Below, in pieces: positions 21,812-35,378 of a stretch of 64,000 nucleotides of DNA. The notes below the pieces were generated by a model, which worked only from the letters and a program-made list of their open reading frames with translations, was not told the origin of the DNA and ran no database searches. The position numbers and the translations under genes are program-made. The DNA comes from Epithemia pelagica (Eukaryota; Protista; Bacillariophyta): NCBI GenBank assembly GCA_946965045.2, contig OX337234.1, positions 1,054,001 through 1,118,000 on the forward strand, in the 5' to 3' direction. Each line of letters begins with the position of its first letter. Position 1 is the stretch's first letter.

Positions 21812-24800
21812 TTGTTGAGTCATGGGGCGTGGCTTGGAGCTGACCTTACAAGACAAAAGACCCCTTGGAAACTGATGTTGCGACAAAGCATGGTTGCAGC
21901 AGCCAATTTTGGACAACTGAAAAGTTTTCAAGCCGTCACTGTCCCGTTGAACCAGGTTGATTGTTCTGGTTTGAATAGTGAGACTATTGGCGAATTGTCA
22001 CGTCGCATGACGGTGTACATGAGTCAACGAGAACAAGATGTGCTTCCCATTGTGATCGATTCCGGAGCGTCCAAATCGCTGACGCCAAATCTCCAAGTCT
22101 TCGTCGGACCAATTCAACCGGCCGAAATCTCATCGTTGAATGGATTGTCTGGAACGACAGTAGTCCGAGGTTTTGGCACGGTCCAATGGATGGTTAGAGA
22201 TGTCATGGGGGTAGCTCGAACGATCAAGACGAAAGCATACTACGTACCAGAAGCCTCAATTCGTTTGTTCAGCCCGCAAACGTTCTTCCAAGAACAGCAA
22301 GCTGGAAAACTGGTACTCGACCACAAGAAAACGCAGTTGCAAATCCCGGATGGGACATGGTTAGAATTTCCATATAACTCCGGTAGTAATCTTCCCTTTA
22401 TGCTCACAGGGAATGTGAATCAAATGGGACTTACCTTCGAAGATGCAACGATGCTGGGTGATGGATATTCCGTCAAGTCGGCCTTGTCCACGGCAAATCA
22501 CAGTGGCTTGATGAATGTGGCCAACGAGACTAGCCAGAACTTGACGGCATCGCAAAGGGAGCTCTTGCTGTGGCACTGGAAGCTTGGCCATGCCAACATG
22601 CAATGGATTCAGACGCTCTGTCGAGATCCAAAAGCAAACAGTCGACGGTTAGTGCTGGAGACAAAAGAAGCAAAGACAACAAGTTGCGTCATACCTTTGT
22701 GCGCAGCTTGTATGCTCGGGAAGCAACATCGCCGGACGCCTCATTCGAATCACGGTGGATTGGTGGATGGGAAAGACAGTATGCTCAAGAGGGAGCACCT
22801 TCAACCAGGAGATTGTGTTTCGATTGATCAATACGAATCAACGATTCGTCGACGTCTTCCGCACACGTATGGAAAAGAGAGGACCGAAGAACAGTATAGA
22901 GGGGGAACTCTTTTTGTCGACCATGCCTCTGGCATGATCTTCTTGGCGAACCAAGTGTCCCTTCGAGTTGGTGAGACGATCAGTTCAAAGAAGAAGTTTG
23001 AGCGGTTCGCGGATGAATACGGTGTCAAGATACGAGAGTACCGCGCCAATAATGCGCCGTTTGGCCGAGAAGAATTTCTGAACCATGTACACGGAAGTGG
23101 TCAACGTATCAGCTTCTCAGGTGTTGGGGCACATCACCAGAATGGAGTCGCGGAAAGGGCAGTAAAGACCACGATGTCTTGGGCCCGTACTATGTTACTA
23201 CACGCGACCATTCACTGGCCCGAGCAAATGCATTTGCATCTTTGGCCCTTTGCCGTTGAGCACGCCGTCTGGCTCTGGAATCACCTTCCGAATCGCCGGA
23301 CGAACATCGCTCCACTCGAAATCTTCTCTGGCATCACATTCTCCGATTTTCACCACCTTCAGCGGAGTCACGTATGGGGATGTCCTGTATACGTCCTGGA
23401 CCCCAAACTTCAAGACTGCAAGAAGTTGCCTAAATGGCAAGCCAAGGCACGACGTGGTCAGTTTCTTGGGATTTCGCCCGACCATTCTACTACTGTTGGT
23501 CGTACACTCAATCTTCGCTCGGGATTCATCAGCTCACAGTATCATGTGGTCTACGATGATTTATTCTCTACGGTCCCTAATGCCGATTCTGGCGGGCTCT
23601 TAGATGAGCCACATTTGAACGGTGATTTTTGGCAACGCCTGCTAGCGGCGGGCACTGAATCTAACCTGCCTGACGAAGATGATGATGATGATGATGGTAA
23701 CTTGGAGCTTGGAGACGAGTGGATGACCGATTCCGAGATTGCGGAACGGCATGCCCGACGTCAGTCACGTCCTCCTCGTCCATTGCCCACTCCACCTTTA
23801 CCCATTGTTCCTGTTCCAACGTCTGTTGACGGGGGGGGGGGGGGGGGGGAAGGAGACCGAGCTGTAAGGAACCATGTTCGATTCCAACCTCCACTGGAAC
23901 AGCCAACAGAGCGAGGGCAAGGACCAGAACCACCTCCAGAACCCGGTGAATTGCCAAGTCAAGATCCAACAGGTGGATTGTTACCTCCAGAGGGAGCTCC
24001 AAATGGTGAATTGTTGCCTCCAGAGGGAGAAGCCAACGAGGAAGAACATGAGATCGTTTTTGAAGACGACTCAGACGATGACAGCACGACAAGACAAGAA
24101 GAGATTGAACGCCGTAATAGGCACTTTGCCGAACCCGATCCAGAATCACATGGAAGGGGCAAAAGAGAACGTCGTCCCAATCGTCACTTGTTCGATGAGC
24201 GATTGTGGGCATCGACTGCTTACTTTCCTCGTGGGTCAACAAGGCCAAAGCAAAAAGTGAGACGAGAGCTGTTGAATGCACAGTTCCTCCAATCCCTTAC
24301 CTGGGACACTCTGACCAGCGCAATCGCGTCCAAATCCAAAGACCTATTGGCAATGGACCTGGGGCTGGATCGTCATACAGATCCGGACACACGCTGGATT
24401 GAAGAGATGCATCCTATGGCATTGGCAACCAAGGCCGATGCTGCAGACAATCCCTCATGGGAACAAGCCATGAACGGTCCCGACAAAGACGGGTACTGGG
24501 AGACTTGCAAGAAAGAATACAATACGCTTCATGAGAAGATGAAAGCATGGGAAGTCGTGGCAAGAGAGACATGGATGAATGTCTTACCTGGCACGTGGGC
24601 GTTCAAGTGCAAACGGTATCCCGATGGATCCGTACGCAAATTGAAAGCACGGTTTTGTGCACGGGGGGACAAACAAGTCGAAGGAGTCGATTTCTTCGAC
24701 ACGTTTGCACCCGTTGTGAATTGGACGATTAGGCGCCTGATGATGATTCTTTCCATCATTTTGAATCTGTCTACGGTACAAGTTGATTACACGGCAGCAT

Positions 24801-25455
24801 TTGTTCATGCGCCGATTGACAAGGATCCCAATTGGGACAAGATGACAGAAGAAGAACAAAAGAAAAGTGGCGTGTATGTTGAGATGCCGAGAGGGTTTGC
24901 ACAACCAGGGAAAGTCTTGAAACTTACTCGATCGTTGTATGGCCTAAAGCAGGCACCACGCAACTTCTTCCTTCATCTGAAAAGCAAATTGGAACAAGTC
25001 GGACTCAAGTCGCAGGAACACATTGACCCGTGTCTGTTCATGTCCGACAAAATAATCGTGCTGGTCTATGTGGACGACACATTGATTTACAGCCCCAAAC
25101 GCGAGTGGATTGATGAGTTTCTTGGGAAACTCCAGAATCAACAGAACGTGACACTCGAGATCGAAGACAGTGTAGCCGGATTTCTCGGCGTACACATTGA
25201 ACGCAACGATAGTGATGGTACTATCACGTTGACGCAGAAGGGCCTGATCAAGCGAATTGTGGAGGCACTTCACATTGGAGACAAACCCATGAAACGGCCA
25301 CCAGCATCGAAGGATCCTCTGGTGGCAAACAAAAATGGGACTCCAGCACAGTGCAAATTCAGCTATCCAAGTGTCATTGGAATGCTGCAATACTTGCAAG
25401 CACATTCAAGACCCGACATCACATATGCCGTCAGTCAATGTGCACGATACACCCA
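21812..25455 (+). pseudogene. pol: Copia-3 Pol (PR, IN, most of RT), interrupted at the His codon of YTH|DPK
   Basis: VIDSGAS, LLWHWKLGH, SIDQ, QNGVAER, KLKARFCARGD, LVYVDD, RPDITYAVSQCARYTH. Confidence 0.95.
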
Positions 25456-25551
25456 CATCTAAGGAAGGAACGGTACGCCAGATTATGGCGGTTTAATTAT
25501 CGATAAGAAAGCACCCCTAAGCGCATCCTACTAGAATCATCCGCGCGCAGG

Positions 25552-25760
25552 ACACGCGCACACCTACAAGAACACGCGCACACCTACAAGAACATGCGCA
25601 TGGCCCTTCCTCACGTTATTACTAAAAATGTGCTTTCCAGAACCAGCAAGCGCATGACCCACATTTCACCAACTTCAACACCATGCACAGTCAAGAACCA
25701 ATAGTCATCACATCCCTCCACCTTCATGCACAGTCAAGAACCAACAGTCATCACATACCC
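25552..25760. repeat. Left subterminal tandem repeats of the DNA transposon
   Basis: 20-bp unit ACACGCGCACACCTACAAGA about 2.5 times from 25552; CATGCACAGTCAAGAACCAA.AGTCATCACAT at 25682 and 25725. Confidence 0.85.
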
Positions 25761-25963
25761 TCCTATGTATGCACTCATCCTTGATTGTGTCACATCACCA
25801 TCATGCGCATTACTCCAGCATCAAGTGCAAGCAAGTTGAACACAGTGCATTTAACTAACACCATGCACACACTCCCACTAACAACCAGCGAATGCATGGA
25901 ACACAATACATGTAGCTATATAGGAGTAGTATATGAAATGAAACCAATTGTCACTCTGATCAA

Positions 25964-27956
25964 TCACTGCCACGACCGTTTTCGTGGCCTTTTAGAAGGC
26001 CTTGTCACAGCATCATCATCTGCATACCCCATTCGAGAGCGATATTGCCCATTGAGAAACATCATGAACCAGATACCGCGGTCGCCTGCTCTGTCTTCAC
26101 GAGCAATTTTCTCTTCCATATCCTCAAAATAGTCCATACCATCCTCATTCATACATCGACTTGAGTTCCAACTGCCTGAATATTTGAAGCAAGGATACCT
26201 TGCTGAGGATGTATCAATCATTTGATCAACACCATTTTCATTGTACCACCTTGGATTTAATTCAAATAGTTTCGCCTTGAAAGTGGTCTTGCCCATGTGA
26301 GTCCACACATCCCGGCAATCCACAAGGATGGTCAATATGAATGCCTCGTCACTTGAAGTGAATAACTTCAAGGCCTTTTCGCAATGTTCCTTTCCCTGCT
26401 GCTCAGTGTGGTCACCAAAATTGAAATCAATCACGGTTTTATGCATATTCTCACCATAGACACATGGACCAAACAATTGCAAGAGATATGAATAGGCATA
26501 GTTGTCACACTTCTCTCCTCTCAATAACAGAAATTCTTCCAGGGTAGGCATTGGCCCAAAGTCTTCACAGTCGTTCAAAAGGCATGGATACCTCCGCTGG
26601 AAATTACTGTCACGCCATAGATCAAGACCCACATGTTCTAGATTCAGCAACAAATTATCTCACATCTCTTTATGAGAAGACGACGTGATGAACCAACACA
26701 TTCACTCTTCGATTGACACTTACTTATGAATGCTTTTTGCATGGAAGCCAGAACATTTGATCGTTTACTTCGGAACTTGTCAAGCATATAAGGTGAATGT
26801 TCAATCCACCACTCCTCTTGTTGTTTTGCATCCGTAATACCTTTGCCTTTGAAATAGTGCTCAGTAAAATATGTTTTGCCATACTTCCCCCAAAGACCAT
26901 TCGGATCTGCCTTAGTATCTTCGGACATGGAGAAATACTTGACATAACGCCATGCCACCTTCCGAACAAATGTATCAAAGAACTTCTCCGATACCACCTC
27001 AGGCTTTTTCTTCGGCTTTTGCTTCTTATTCTTGTCCTTTTCAACAGAACCTTTGTGTGTAGTGGATGTTACAATCGTACTTGTCGGGCAAGATGATTGA
27101 TTATGGTGTACTGTTGTTGTCTGTGTTTCCTGTGCCAACTGATTTTGAATATCGTCTTGTAGAAGAGTTTCCATCGCCTGATCTGGCCCTGTTGTTAGCA
27201 AAGTAGATGACGAAGATGACGACATATCCGAAAGGGAAGAAACGTCGTTAGCAAAGGTATCACCTGATGCATTCAACCCACAAACACCCCCGTCATTAGA
27301 GCCGTCTCACCGACAAATTGTCCTCCTCCATTTTGTGCATCTAACAACTTACTGACAAGTCCTCCAGCAGGAAAATGTCTCTCATTAGGATCAAAATCAT
27401 CTCCATCATACTCACTGGGTCCATTGCTCATATTCTGCAATGCTCGTTGCATTTCAGGTCCAGTGAGAATATTTACACCGACGTCGTCTTCCTCCATGTT
27501 ATTAACTGCCGTGTTTGTTGGTTGCGCAAAACCAGATGATGGTTGTGTTCTCAGCCCACCCTGTTCATTATTGCTATCATCTGCTGAAGTCACATCGGTT
27601 CCATCTCTTTCTGAATTTGTTGCCTGCTCCAAAAGATTACCACTCCCTTCCACAGTTGTGCCTTCTTGTGCTTGTGCTTGATCGTTGTTCATCGAGATCT
27701 GTTCCTCTTCTTCCTCGTCATCAGAACTATCTTCTTGGAGTACTAAACCTCCATTGGCTGCTGCAATAAGAGCATCTTTGTTTGTAATTGTCCCGTCCTT
27801 GTTAGGAAGATTCTCTTTATTTCTTGTTGCCACTGCTGCCAAGATGCTTCTTCGTTGTCGTTCAACCTCTTTCTGATTACTTCCATAGTTTGCATTTCGG
27901 ACTGCTAAGGGTCGACGCCTCGTTGGAGCTGCATTTCTGGTGGTGACTCCTGCCAT
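25964..27956 (-). CDS. Transposon accessory gene (multi-segment, spliced), function unknown
   Basis: Three abutting ORFs. A GTAAGT donor near 26722 and a pyrimidine-rich TAG acceptor near 26638 join the last two. Acidic low-complexity N-terminus; C-terminal FTSSDEAFIL...W...KYSGSW...G..YF motif. Confidence 0.6.
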
Positions 27957-28520
27957 CGTTTATCTTGGATGCTCCGTCTGATTTATGACAAGGATGTGAA
28001 CAAGAGCAGGGTGACAACAAGTCCTCTGATGGACAACCATTCAAATTCAAATGCTGGAATGCTCCATGTTTGAATCATAAACTCCGTGTTTGAACGATGG
28101 TCATTTGGAGAACGTATGAAGATGAGCATAGGTGGTTTCAAGTACATCATACTTGTCAGATGGAACATTGGTGCATGGGTTTGAATGATTGTCATTTCCT
28201 TTCTAATGTCGACAGTGTCGGTATCCTCGGCATTGACACAGTGTTTGAATTCCAATCGCTGCTATCACCGTTGGTATCTAACCCGGCAGGCTGGATTGGA
28301 TTAAGTAAATACACACGACCGTTTGAAAATATTATGATCCGTTCATGTACATAACCGATTTTCAGTCGCTTTTATGCACCAACGTCGGCCGATTCACCCA
28401 ATGCGGAGAAATTCTGATATATGCCACAAGATTGACCACCGATGTCTCAATTTGCAGAAATCGATTACAGAGCATTTTTCATTCCGAACCAAAATCTAAA
28501 ACCACCAGCATCGTACCATC

Positions 28521-31500
28521 ATGGGCCAGCGTCGTCAAGTAAAAAAGAAGTCGCGAAAGAGATGCTCAAATACAAGCCAACAAGAGGAGTCCTTCATATC
28601 CTTTCAAGTGTGTCGTTTCTGTCAATCACGTTTTGATGCAAGAGGAATGAGCCGTCACGAAACAGTTTGTGAATTGAAAATGAACACACAAAGGAAATGG
28701 CCAAATGTTGGCGATGACAACAATGATTGTGCCAGTAATATGAATGCTGATCCAATGAATATTGATATCATGGACGATGAAACCACTATTCCGCATGCTG
28801 ACCCACCAAAAGCATACTATGTACCTGGTGATACAGATAATATTATTCTGCGCAACAGCAAGGAGTGCCCGGTTGATTTTCCTGCGTTCCTTGATAGAGA
28901 TGGGAAGCAATTGAAACTTCATAAACACGATGCAGCCTTGGTCTCACTTATGATGTTACTTCGGAAAGCTGGTTGCCCCAAATATTTGTACAATTCGATC
29001 CTGGCATGGTCGAGTGACACATACTCAAGATGCGGTCCTGGGTTCTTCCTGGACAACCATTCAAAGAGGAAAACGTTCATCGAAAAGTTTTCTTCCAAAG
29101 GTTTCAATTATCCCAAGGCAAAATTTTTCCCGGTACCAATGGAATTCACCCAAAAACAGGGTGTGGTTGTACCAGAGAGTGAGAAATCAATAACAACACC
29201 AGTATTTGATTTGATCAGTCAACTACAGCGTGTATTACAAGATCCCGATGCAACCAAGAAAGAAAATACGATCCTCGATGATGACGATCCGTATCGTCCA
29301 TATGTTCCAAACAAGCACATCCAAAATATACAAGACGGAGAAGTATTTCGGAAAACAGTGGAAAAATATAGAGATGATCCAGATGCCTTCGTGGTTGGTC
29401 TTGTCTGTTATATGGACAAAACACATGCAACAGGGGATGGAAGATATACATCGGAGCCTGTTGTAATGGTGCCATCTTTTCTAACGGAAACACAAATGAG
29501 GAAAGCAAGGCGACAGATCATCCTTGGGACTATTACAGACATGGAAAGAAAATCATCGGCGGCAAAACATATCCTCGATAAAGGGACTCCTTGCCGAAAT
29601 TATCATGCTCAATTGACTAAGATCCTCGAAGGTCTTGTCAGTATCCAAAAACAGGAAGGTTTATGGATGAAACTACGCCTCCATGGGATTATCAAAGTTG
29701 TCCGTTTGATATTGCCAATGATTGTTGTCAAAGGAGACGGGAAGTCTCAGGATAACCTTGCAGGTCGGTATGCCTCGCATCATCCAAGTGTTGGAAGACT
29801 ATCATGGTGTTGCAACATTAAACCAAGGGATAGCAGATACCCATGGCATGAATGTTCTTATATCAACGCTGCAAGTACATACAAAATGTGCTTGAATGCA
29901 TTGGGTCTTAATGAAAATCGAGAAAAACTGACTGAACAGGATGTTGATTACCAAGAGAGAGACAATGATACATTTTCGACTTTGACTGTTCCTACCTGTT
30001 TGAGCACATTGCAAGTAAGTCAAGAAAATAGCAGAGATGGAGGGGTCAATACCCTTGTGTCAGCTGCAAAAACCCAATTGCATGACATGGGACAATATGC
30101 AGTCGATCTTTGTTTTCCAAGGTTTACCTGGGTGAAGGAACCAATTCTGAACATGGGATTTTCTCGGCCAGTAGTTGTGATGTTCTTCATACATTGAAAT
30201 CTGGGATAATGAGATACATCATGATTGACTTTTTCACGTTGATGACAAAAACTGAACGGGCCATGTTTGATTATGTCTACAATTCAATCTTTCGGGCAAG
30301 TAGACAGACTGTATTCTCGTATTCATGGAAACTTGGATATCCCGGAACATCATTCTCGACCGGGATCAGTAACCTGTCAAAAGTAACTGCCAATGAGTGG
30401 GTTGGGATCATGTTTGCTTCAGCAGCTCTATGTGCCACTGCCAGAGGTCGCCTTATATTTGCGAAGAATATGGCAAAGAAATGGAACAAGGTGGTTGCGG
30501 AATGGAAAAAACGACAAGCAAAGCAAACATCCAAAACCACCAACAAGACATGTCAAGCGGACGTGGATCAAGTGCAAGAGACAAGTGAACTTATTGCTGA
30601 CAATGAGGATGATACTCCACCAGATGAAGAGTACGAACGTACACGTCTTGATGATGATGATAGTGTTGACATTGATATCACAGCTGAAACTGTTTTTGAT
30701 GATGACCCAGTTGCTTACAGGTCTATCTGGGATGTTGATGAGTGGGAACCATACATAGACTTCCTGCATCTATTCGAGACTCTTTTGTGTTTCAACAGCT
30801 GGATTCGTATGGATACATTCTGGGAAACAGACCCAGACTCACAAGAAGGACAAACAACAGCATCCAAGTCTCTCGAATCAGTGCGGATTTTGATGGATGG
30901 CATCAGGAGATATGCACCCAGGCTCGATAAAAAAGGCAAATTGATGTCCAACGGGTGGATGATACCAAAATTCCACAATCTCATACACATTATACAACAG
31001 ATTCAGAATTTTGGACCAGCACGACTGCTTGATGTGGAGTCAGAGGAAAGTAATCATAAGGAAATTGTGAAATTGAATGCAAAAACGGTACAGAAACGTG
31101 GAAAAGGAATTTTTGAGTCGCAACTTGCAGAAAATATCTGGTGGATGCAAAGCTTGGAAATGCTGCAGGAAGCAACAGGTCTTGAAGAAGATCATGTCAC
31201 CTTTCTCCAGGAAGGGAAGTCACCTTATGAAATAAGGAGAAAAAAGGGATCCCAAAACCAACTCCCTACCACATCAAAACCTCAAATAGCCGTGGAACGG
31301 TCATAGTAGTATCCATGACCAGAGAAAAATGTTTGATTCCAGTACCTCACACGAACGTACATACTTCTGGTGATAATCAAGACCAGTCATCAAATGAAAT
31401 AGACAAGGATCTTCCGTCTCCATTGGGTATGTCGATTCAAGTTCCAGGCACGACCAGAAAAGAACAAGACGGATCAAACCGAAACCAGACGAGTAGTGTA

Positions 31501-32300
31501 CACAGGCGATTGACAGCAGCACCACACGAGGAGGATGTGGTATCAGTGAATATCAAATTCCATTCCAAAACAAATCATGACATGACATTGCCACAGTTTT
31601 GTAATCACTTCTTTCGATTACATTACAAACGCTTTTTTCATCATATAGACGGGATGAGTGATGATCCAACAAATGAGACTTCAACCACACTGGAATTGTT
31701 CGGGAGCACAGAACTTAAGTTCGAAGACCCCAGGATAGGAAATATACGGGCTCATCCGAATTATCAAAGCGAGGGGCCATGGAGAGATTGGGTGATGGCT
31801 AAAGTTCCAAAGAAAAAAAGGAAACCTCTTGACGAGGTATACAACCAACCTCTCGGAGAATTTGATACCATCCTATGTCAAACGATATGCTTCATTCAAA
31901 TACCCATTACTCGAACAGACCACATACAAATACAACCATCACCGGTATGTCAACCTTCAACTTCACCCGAGATGACCCATGTCCTTCTCTGAACGACATA
32001 TGTACGGAGTGCAGCTGATATCGAGAAATCATCCGTTCTCTTTCAAAAATGGCGTAAGCGTTTTGACCTACATCGAATAGCTGAAATTGTCATGGTTCCA
32101 CTCCGGAATATTGTTGAGGTTGTTGGTGTAGTGGATGAGAACCCAGAAATGATTCAAGACCGTGATTTTATCCCCAACATATTTCCATTCTTCACTTGAA
32201 AAAGATTTGCTCCAAGAAGACAGTCGTAATTTGAGAAACTTTAGTGACAATGTCTGGGCCGTACGCAACATCAAAGAATGGGCTTCCGAATTCAATGAAA
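28521..32300 (+). pseudogene. Plavaka/CMC-like DDE transposase with frame disruptions (about 30110, about 31306, TGA at 31990)
   Basis: N-terminal CxxC..H..C finger, then IQDG, YMDKT, NYHAQL, VKGDGKSQDNLAGRY, CDVLHTLKSG, PKFHNLIH..IQNFG...EESNHK, IRAHPNYQSEGPWRDWVM and a terminal WASEF, matching the motif series I associate with Plavaka-type transposases. Confidence 0.8.
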
Positions 32301-32582
32301 GTGCCCGTGACAATCTCGAGAAACGCTCTAATGAAATGAAAGAAAGATTGAAACAATCCGTCAGCAATTCGACCTCATGATCATAATTTGCCTCTATGGG
32401 GGGTTGTCACATACCAGCACTCCCCTCCTAATCTCCCCCCCCCCCCCCAACCGTACGCGAGCCGACCAATTCAACTCAGAGTGTCACACACAAATTGGAT
32501 GAAATAGTAGATACTTTCCATCGTTTTCCAAAAGTCATCCTCAGTCTTCAGTCAGTTAGGCTATTCTACTCCTCTTCAAACA

Positions 32583-33709
32583 ATGATCAACCCATACAAA
32601 TCGAGGAAGAAAACAGTTCCACCCTTGGTGGTCAAACCAAACTTTCCAGTCACAAAGATACCTCCATCTAATGAAGAAATGATGATCAACCCATACGAGC
32701 TAGAGGAAATAGGGACCCCCATGGTCAAAACGCACTCTCCAACCCCGAAAACTTGCGACGGTGAACATGACAAGAAGCCACCGCCTGCGTCCAAATCAAT
32801 AATCAAATGTCATCCACTTCCTTCTTCTAAGCTTGATACCAAGGAAGAAGAGGAGAAGAAACTTCCACCAATCAAGCGCCCATCGTATCAGTTGATCCCA
32901 AACCCATATAAGAAGAAGCTCAAGGTTGCCGATCCATCTACTATTCCAATCTTGCTATTACATGACTCTCCTCCAATGTGTAAACCAAGAGCAAACCGAG
33001 ATAAGCTGCATCTCGAAGTTATTCGGTTCACCGAGCTTGTCAATAAAATCTATGGATCCAATGATGTTCCCCCAGAGCCAGTCTGTCCTTGGTGTTTTGT
33101 AACCGACAACCTTTCAACAGATCGTAGACTTACAGGAAAATGTTGGCATCGCTTCGGTAAATCTCTCTCATGTGCCGATTGTTGTTATGGTTGTGGAGTG
33201 CCCATGAACGGATGTGATTCAGGTGGGAATGAACGTTGTTGCACCGAAGCCCTGTATATCCATGATTCGATGAATATCACACGCGAAGAATCAGACATAA
33301 ACAAAGTTCCATTGGTGTGTAAGTCTTGCTTAAGGCCATGCAATTCTTATTCAGAATGCGTCTTCTCGCATGGTTGTTGGAACTCTTGCAACAAGTACTT
33401 CGTCTGGCGATTCTGTCATATTGCTGGACGGGCGTTGGTGTACTCACAATTGAAGCCCAATTGCAAAGGACCAGGCACGATTCCCAAACATGCACAGGAT
33501 ATTATCAAAACCCAACAGAGTTGATGTACAACGAACTGCGAGATCCGATGGAGTCTTCTCAGTACACATCTCCATTTTGTCATGTTCTTGACCAAGACTC
33601 CTGGTCTAAATGGCTTGTATCCATGTCTTTCGGTCGATACTACAATTACATGCCGTTCTTCCGTCATTGTTACACAGCCTTGATGTCTTCATCGAAACCA
33701 TTGTATTAA
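32583..33709 (+). CDS. Cys-rich putative zinc-binding protein, paralog 1 (ORFs 32583-33524 and 33326-33709, frameshifted)
   Basis: CPWC, CYGCGVP, CKSC, NKYFVWRFC, then WSKWL..NYMPFF in the second frame; three NPY motifs in the N-terminus. Confidence 0.6.
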
Positions 33710-33813
33710 ACAAAGACTCGACTTCTTCGAAAGGCAAACTTGTTACACAGCCTTGATGTCTTCATCGAAACCATTGTATTAAACAAAGACTCGACTTCTT
33801 CGAAAGGCAAACT
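33668..33813. repeat. Perfect 73-bp tandem duplication
   Basis: TGTTACACAGCC...GAAAGGCAAACT at 33668-33740 and 33741-33813. Confidence 0.95.
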
Positions 33814-33843
33814 GGGAACAGATAACAAGATTTATAATATATG

Positions 33844-34896
33844 TCAATGATCATTACCATCCATATTTCCACGTTCCAACTCCGCCGTCTCAGCCATTCT
33901 TTCGAGACAATTACGGAAGCACCTGACAAAGAGTGGCATGTAGTTGCGAAAACCAGCCGTAGAATGAGGCAACGAAAGCAACCATACTGCCCATGTTTTA
34001 TCAGATGCTCGGGCATAATCGTATGGGGCACAATCGTTATCATCAAAATAGAAACGGGATCGCAATTCCTCAAGCCAAACGCTGCGGACAATAGTAAACA
34101 TTGGCCAGGTGATTTGACGGGGAAAGTTCACACCATCGTAAAATGATGTTATTTGAAAAGTACGCGCCACAATATGGCGTATGAGCATACAGAACTGCCA
34201 CACGAAGTGCTTATTCTCAGATTCCACACAGACACTGCATGAATCCAAATCTGGTTGTGGAATCCCAAAAGGTATTGAGCGTTCGGGAATTCGGAAACAT
34301 TCCCTACACACCTGACAATGAAATGTTGGATGCCTGTGGCGGTGACATAAGTTACAACGCATCAAAAAATTCTGCTGCCAGATAACTGAATAATCGAGAT
34401 ATGCCGCACGTGTTACCACTGTAGTATTTCCATGATTGCACTGGTGATGTGGTGTGGGACGACCAAGGATAACACAGTATGGACAGAGTTTCTCACCTCT
34501 AAGCATTTCGTCCACCAACCGTTTGAATTCAGTCTGGATCTCATGACCGACACGCATCTCTTCTCTGAGTTGTTCTATGACTTGTGGTACATCTTCTTCT
34601 TCATTATCGTAATCAAAAAAGATCCTCCCAGCGTCTCTGTAACAAGGCCGATCATTCACTTCCAAGTTCCTGTCGTTGATCGCCCGCATTTCTCGTCGTC
34701 GTCTACGTTCCCGAACATAAAAATCTTCTTCCTCCGATTCATCTCCCGATTCATCCTCCGGTTGGTCCTCCGGATTGTCAGCCATTCTGTTTGCAGTCTC
34801 CTTCTCTTCGTTTTGCTGTGAATGCAAATACCTGTACTTGTTGCTTCTTCTTTGGATTTTTATGAAACCTCTGCTGTCATATGAACGAGAGTTCAA
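33844..34896 (-). CDS. Cys-rich putative zinc-binding protein, paralog 2
   Basis: CPYC, CNLC, CRECF, NKHFVWQFC, WAVWLL..RNYMPLF; same motif order as paralog 1. Confidence 0.7.
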   Translation of the reverse strand: MNSRSYDSRGFIKIQRRSNKYRYLHSQQNEEKETANRMADNPEDQPEDESGDESEEEDFYVRERRRRREMRAINDRNLEVNDRPCYRDAGRIFFDYDNEEEDVPQVIEQLREEMRVGHEIQTEFKRLVDEMLRGEKLCPYCVILGRPTPHHQCNHGNTTVVTRAAYLDYSVIWQQNFLMRCNLCHRHRHPTFHCQVCRECFRIPERSIPFGIPQPDLDSCSVCVESENKHFVWQFCMLIRHIVARTFQITSFYDGVNFPRQITWPMFTIVRSVWLEELRSRFYFDDNDCAPYDYARASDKTWAVWLLSLPHSTAGFRNYMPLFVRCFRNCLERMAETAELERGNMDGNDH

Positions 34897-35378
34897 CTGG
34901 AAATAGATCCACGGATAACCGATCGGTCGCGTTTGTGTACAGAAATCGCCACACTATACTATTCACTGTGAGTATTACCACATACTGTGAGGATAAGTGT
35001 AATCATTCCCAACATGGTCGCGTTTCACTCGCTGGGCTGACCTATCGGTGTGGCTTTGCAAAATTTCCATGGACATGGAACAATGACATGCTTCTAGAAC
35101 TCGAATGGCTCCAAATTTTCGTAGAGACCATTTGGGTATCATTTGCATGGACAGTAAAGGCTCTGAACTTGTCTATCATCAACCAAAAGACTTGCAATAG
35201 ACCCTACCGGTGTGGTGTTGCCGTCGTCCCAAAATTCTATGGACATGGAGCAACGACATGCTTCTAGAGCTCGAATGGCTCCAAATTATCTAGAGACCCT
35301 TGGGGTATCATAGGCATTGATTGATGGTAGGTAGTGGTTTTGCTGATAGGTGGACATGGTCTTGTATATTAGAAATCT

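Noticed and set aside
23831-23849. G19 run in Copia-3 pol (also the C run near 32435)
   Set aside because: It is in frame within a variable linker, and homopolymer length is unreliable.
30015-30034. GTAAGT...CAG as an intron fixing the transposase frameshift
   Set aside because: It is only 20 nt and the shifted frame hits a stop before 30110. A 1-bp deletion near 30110 fits the motifs better.
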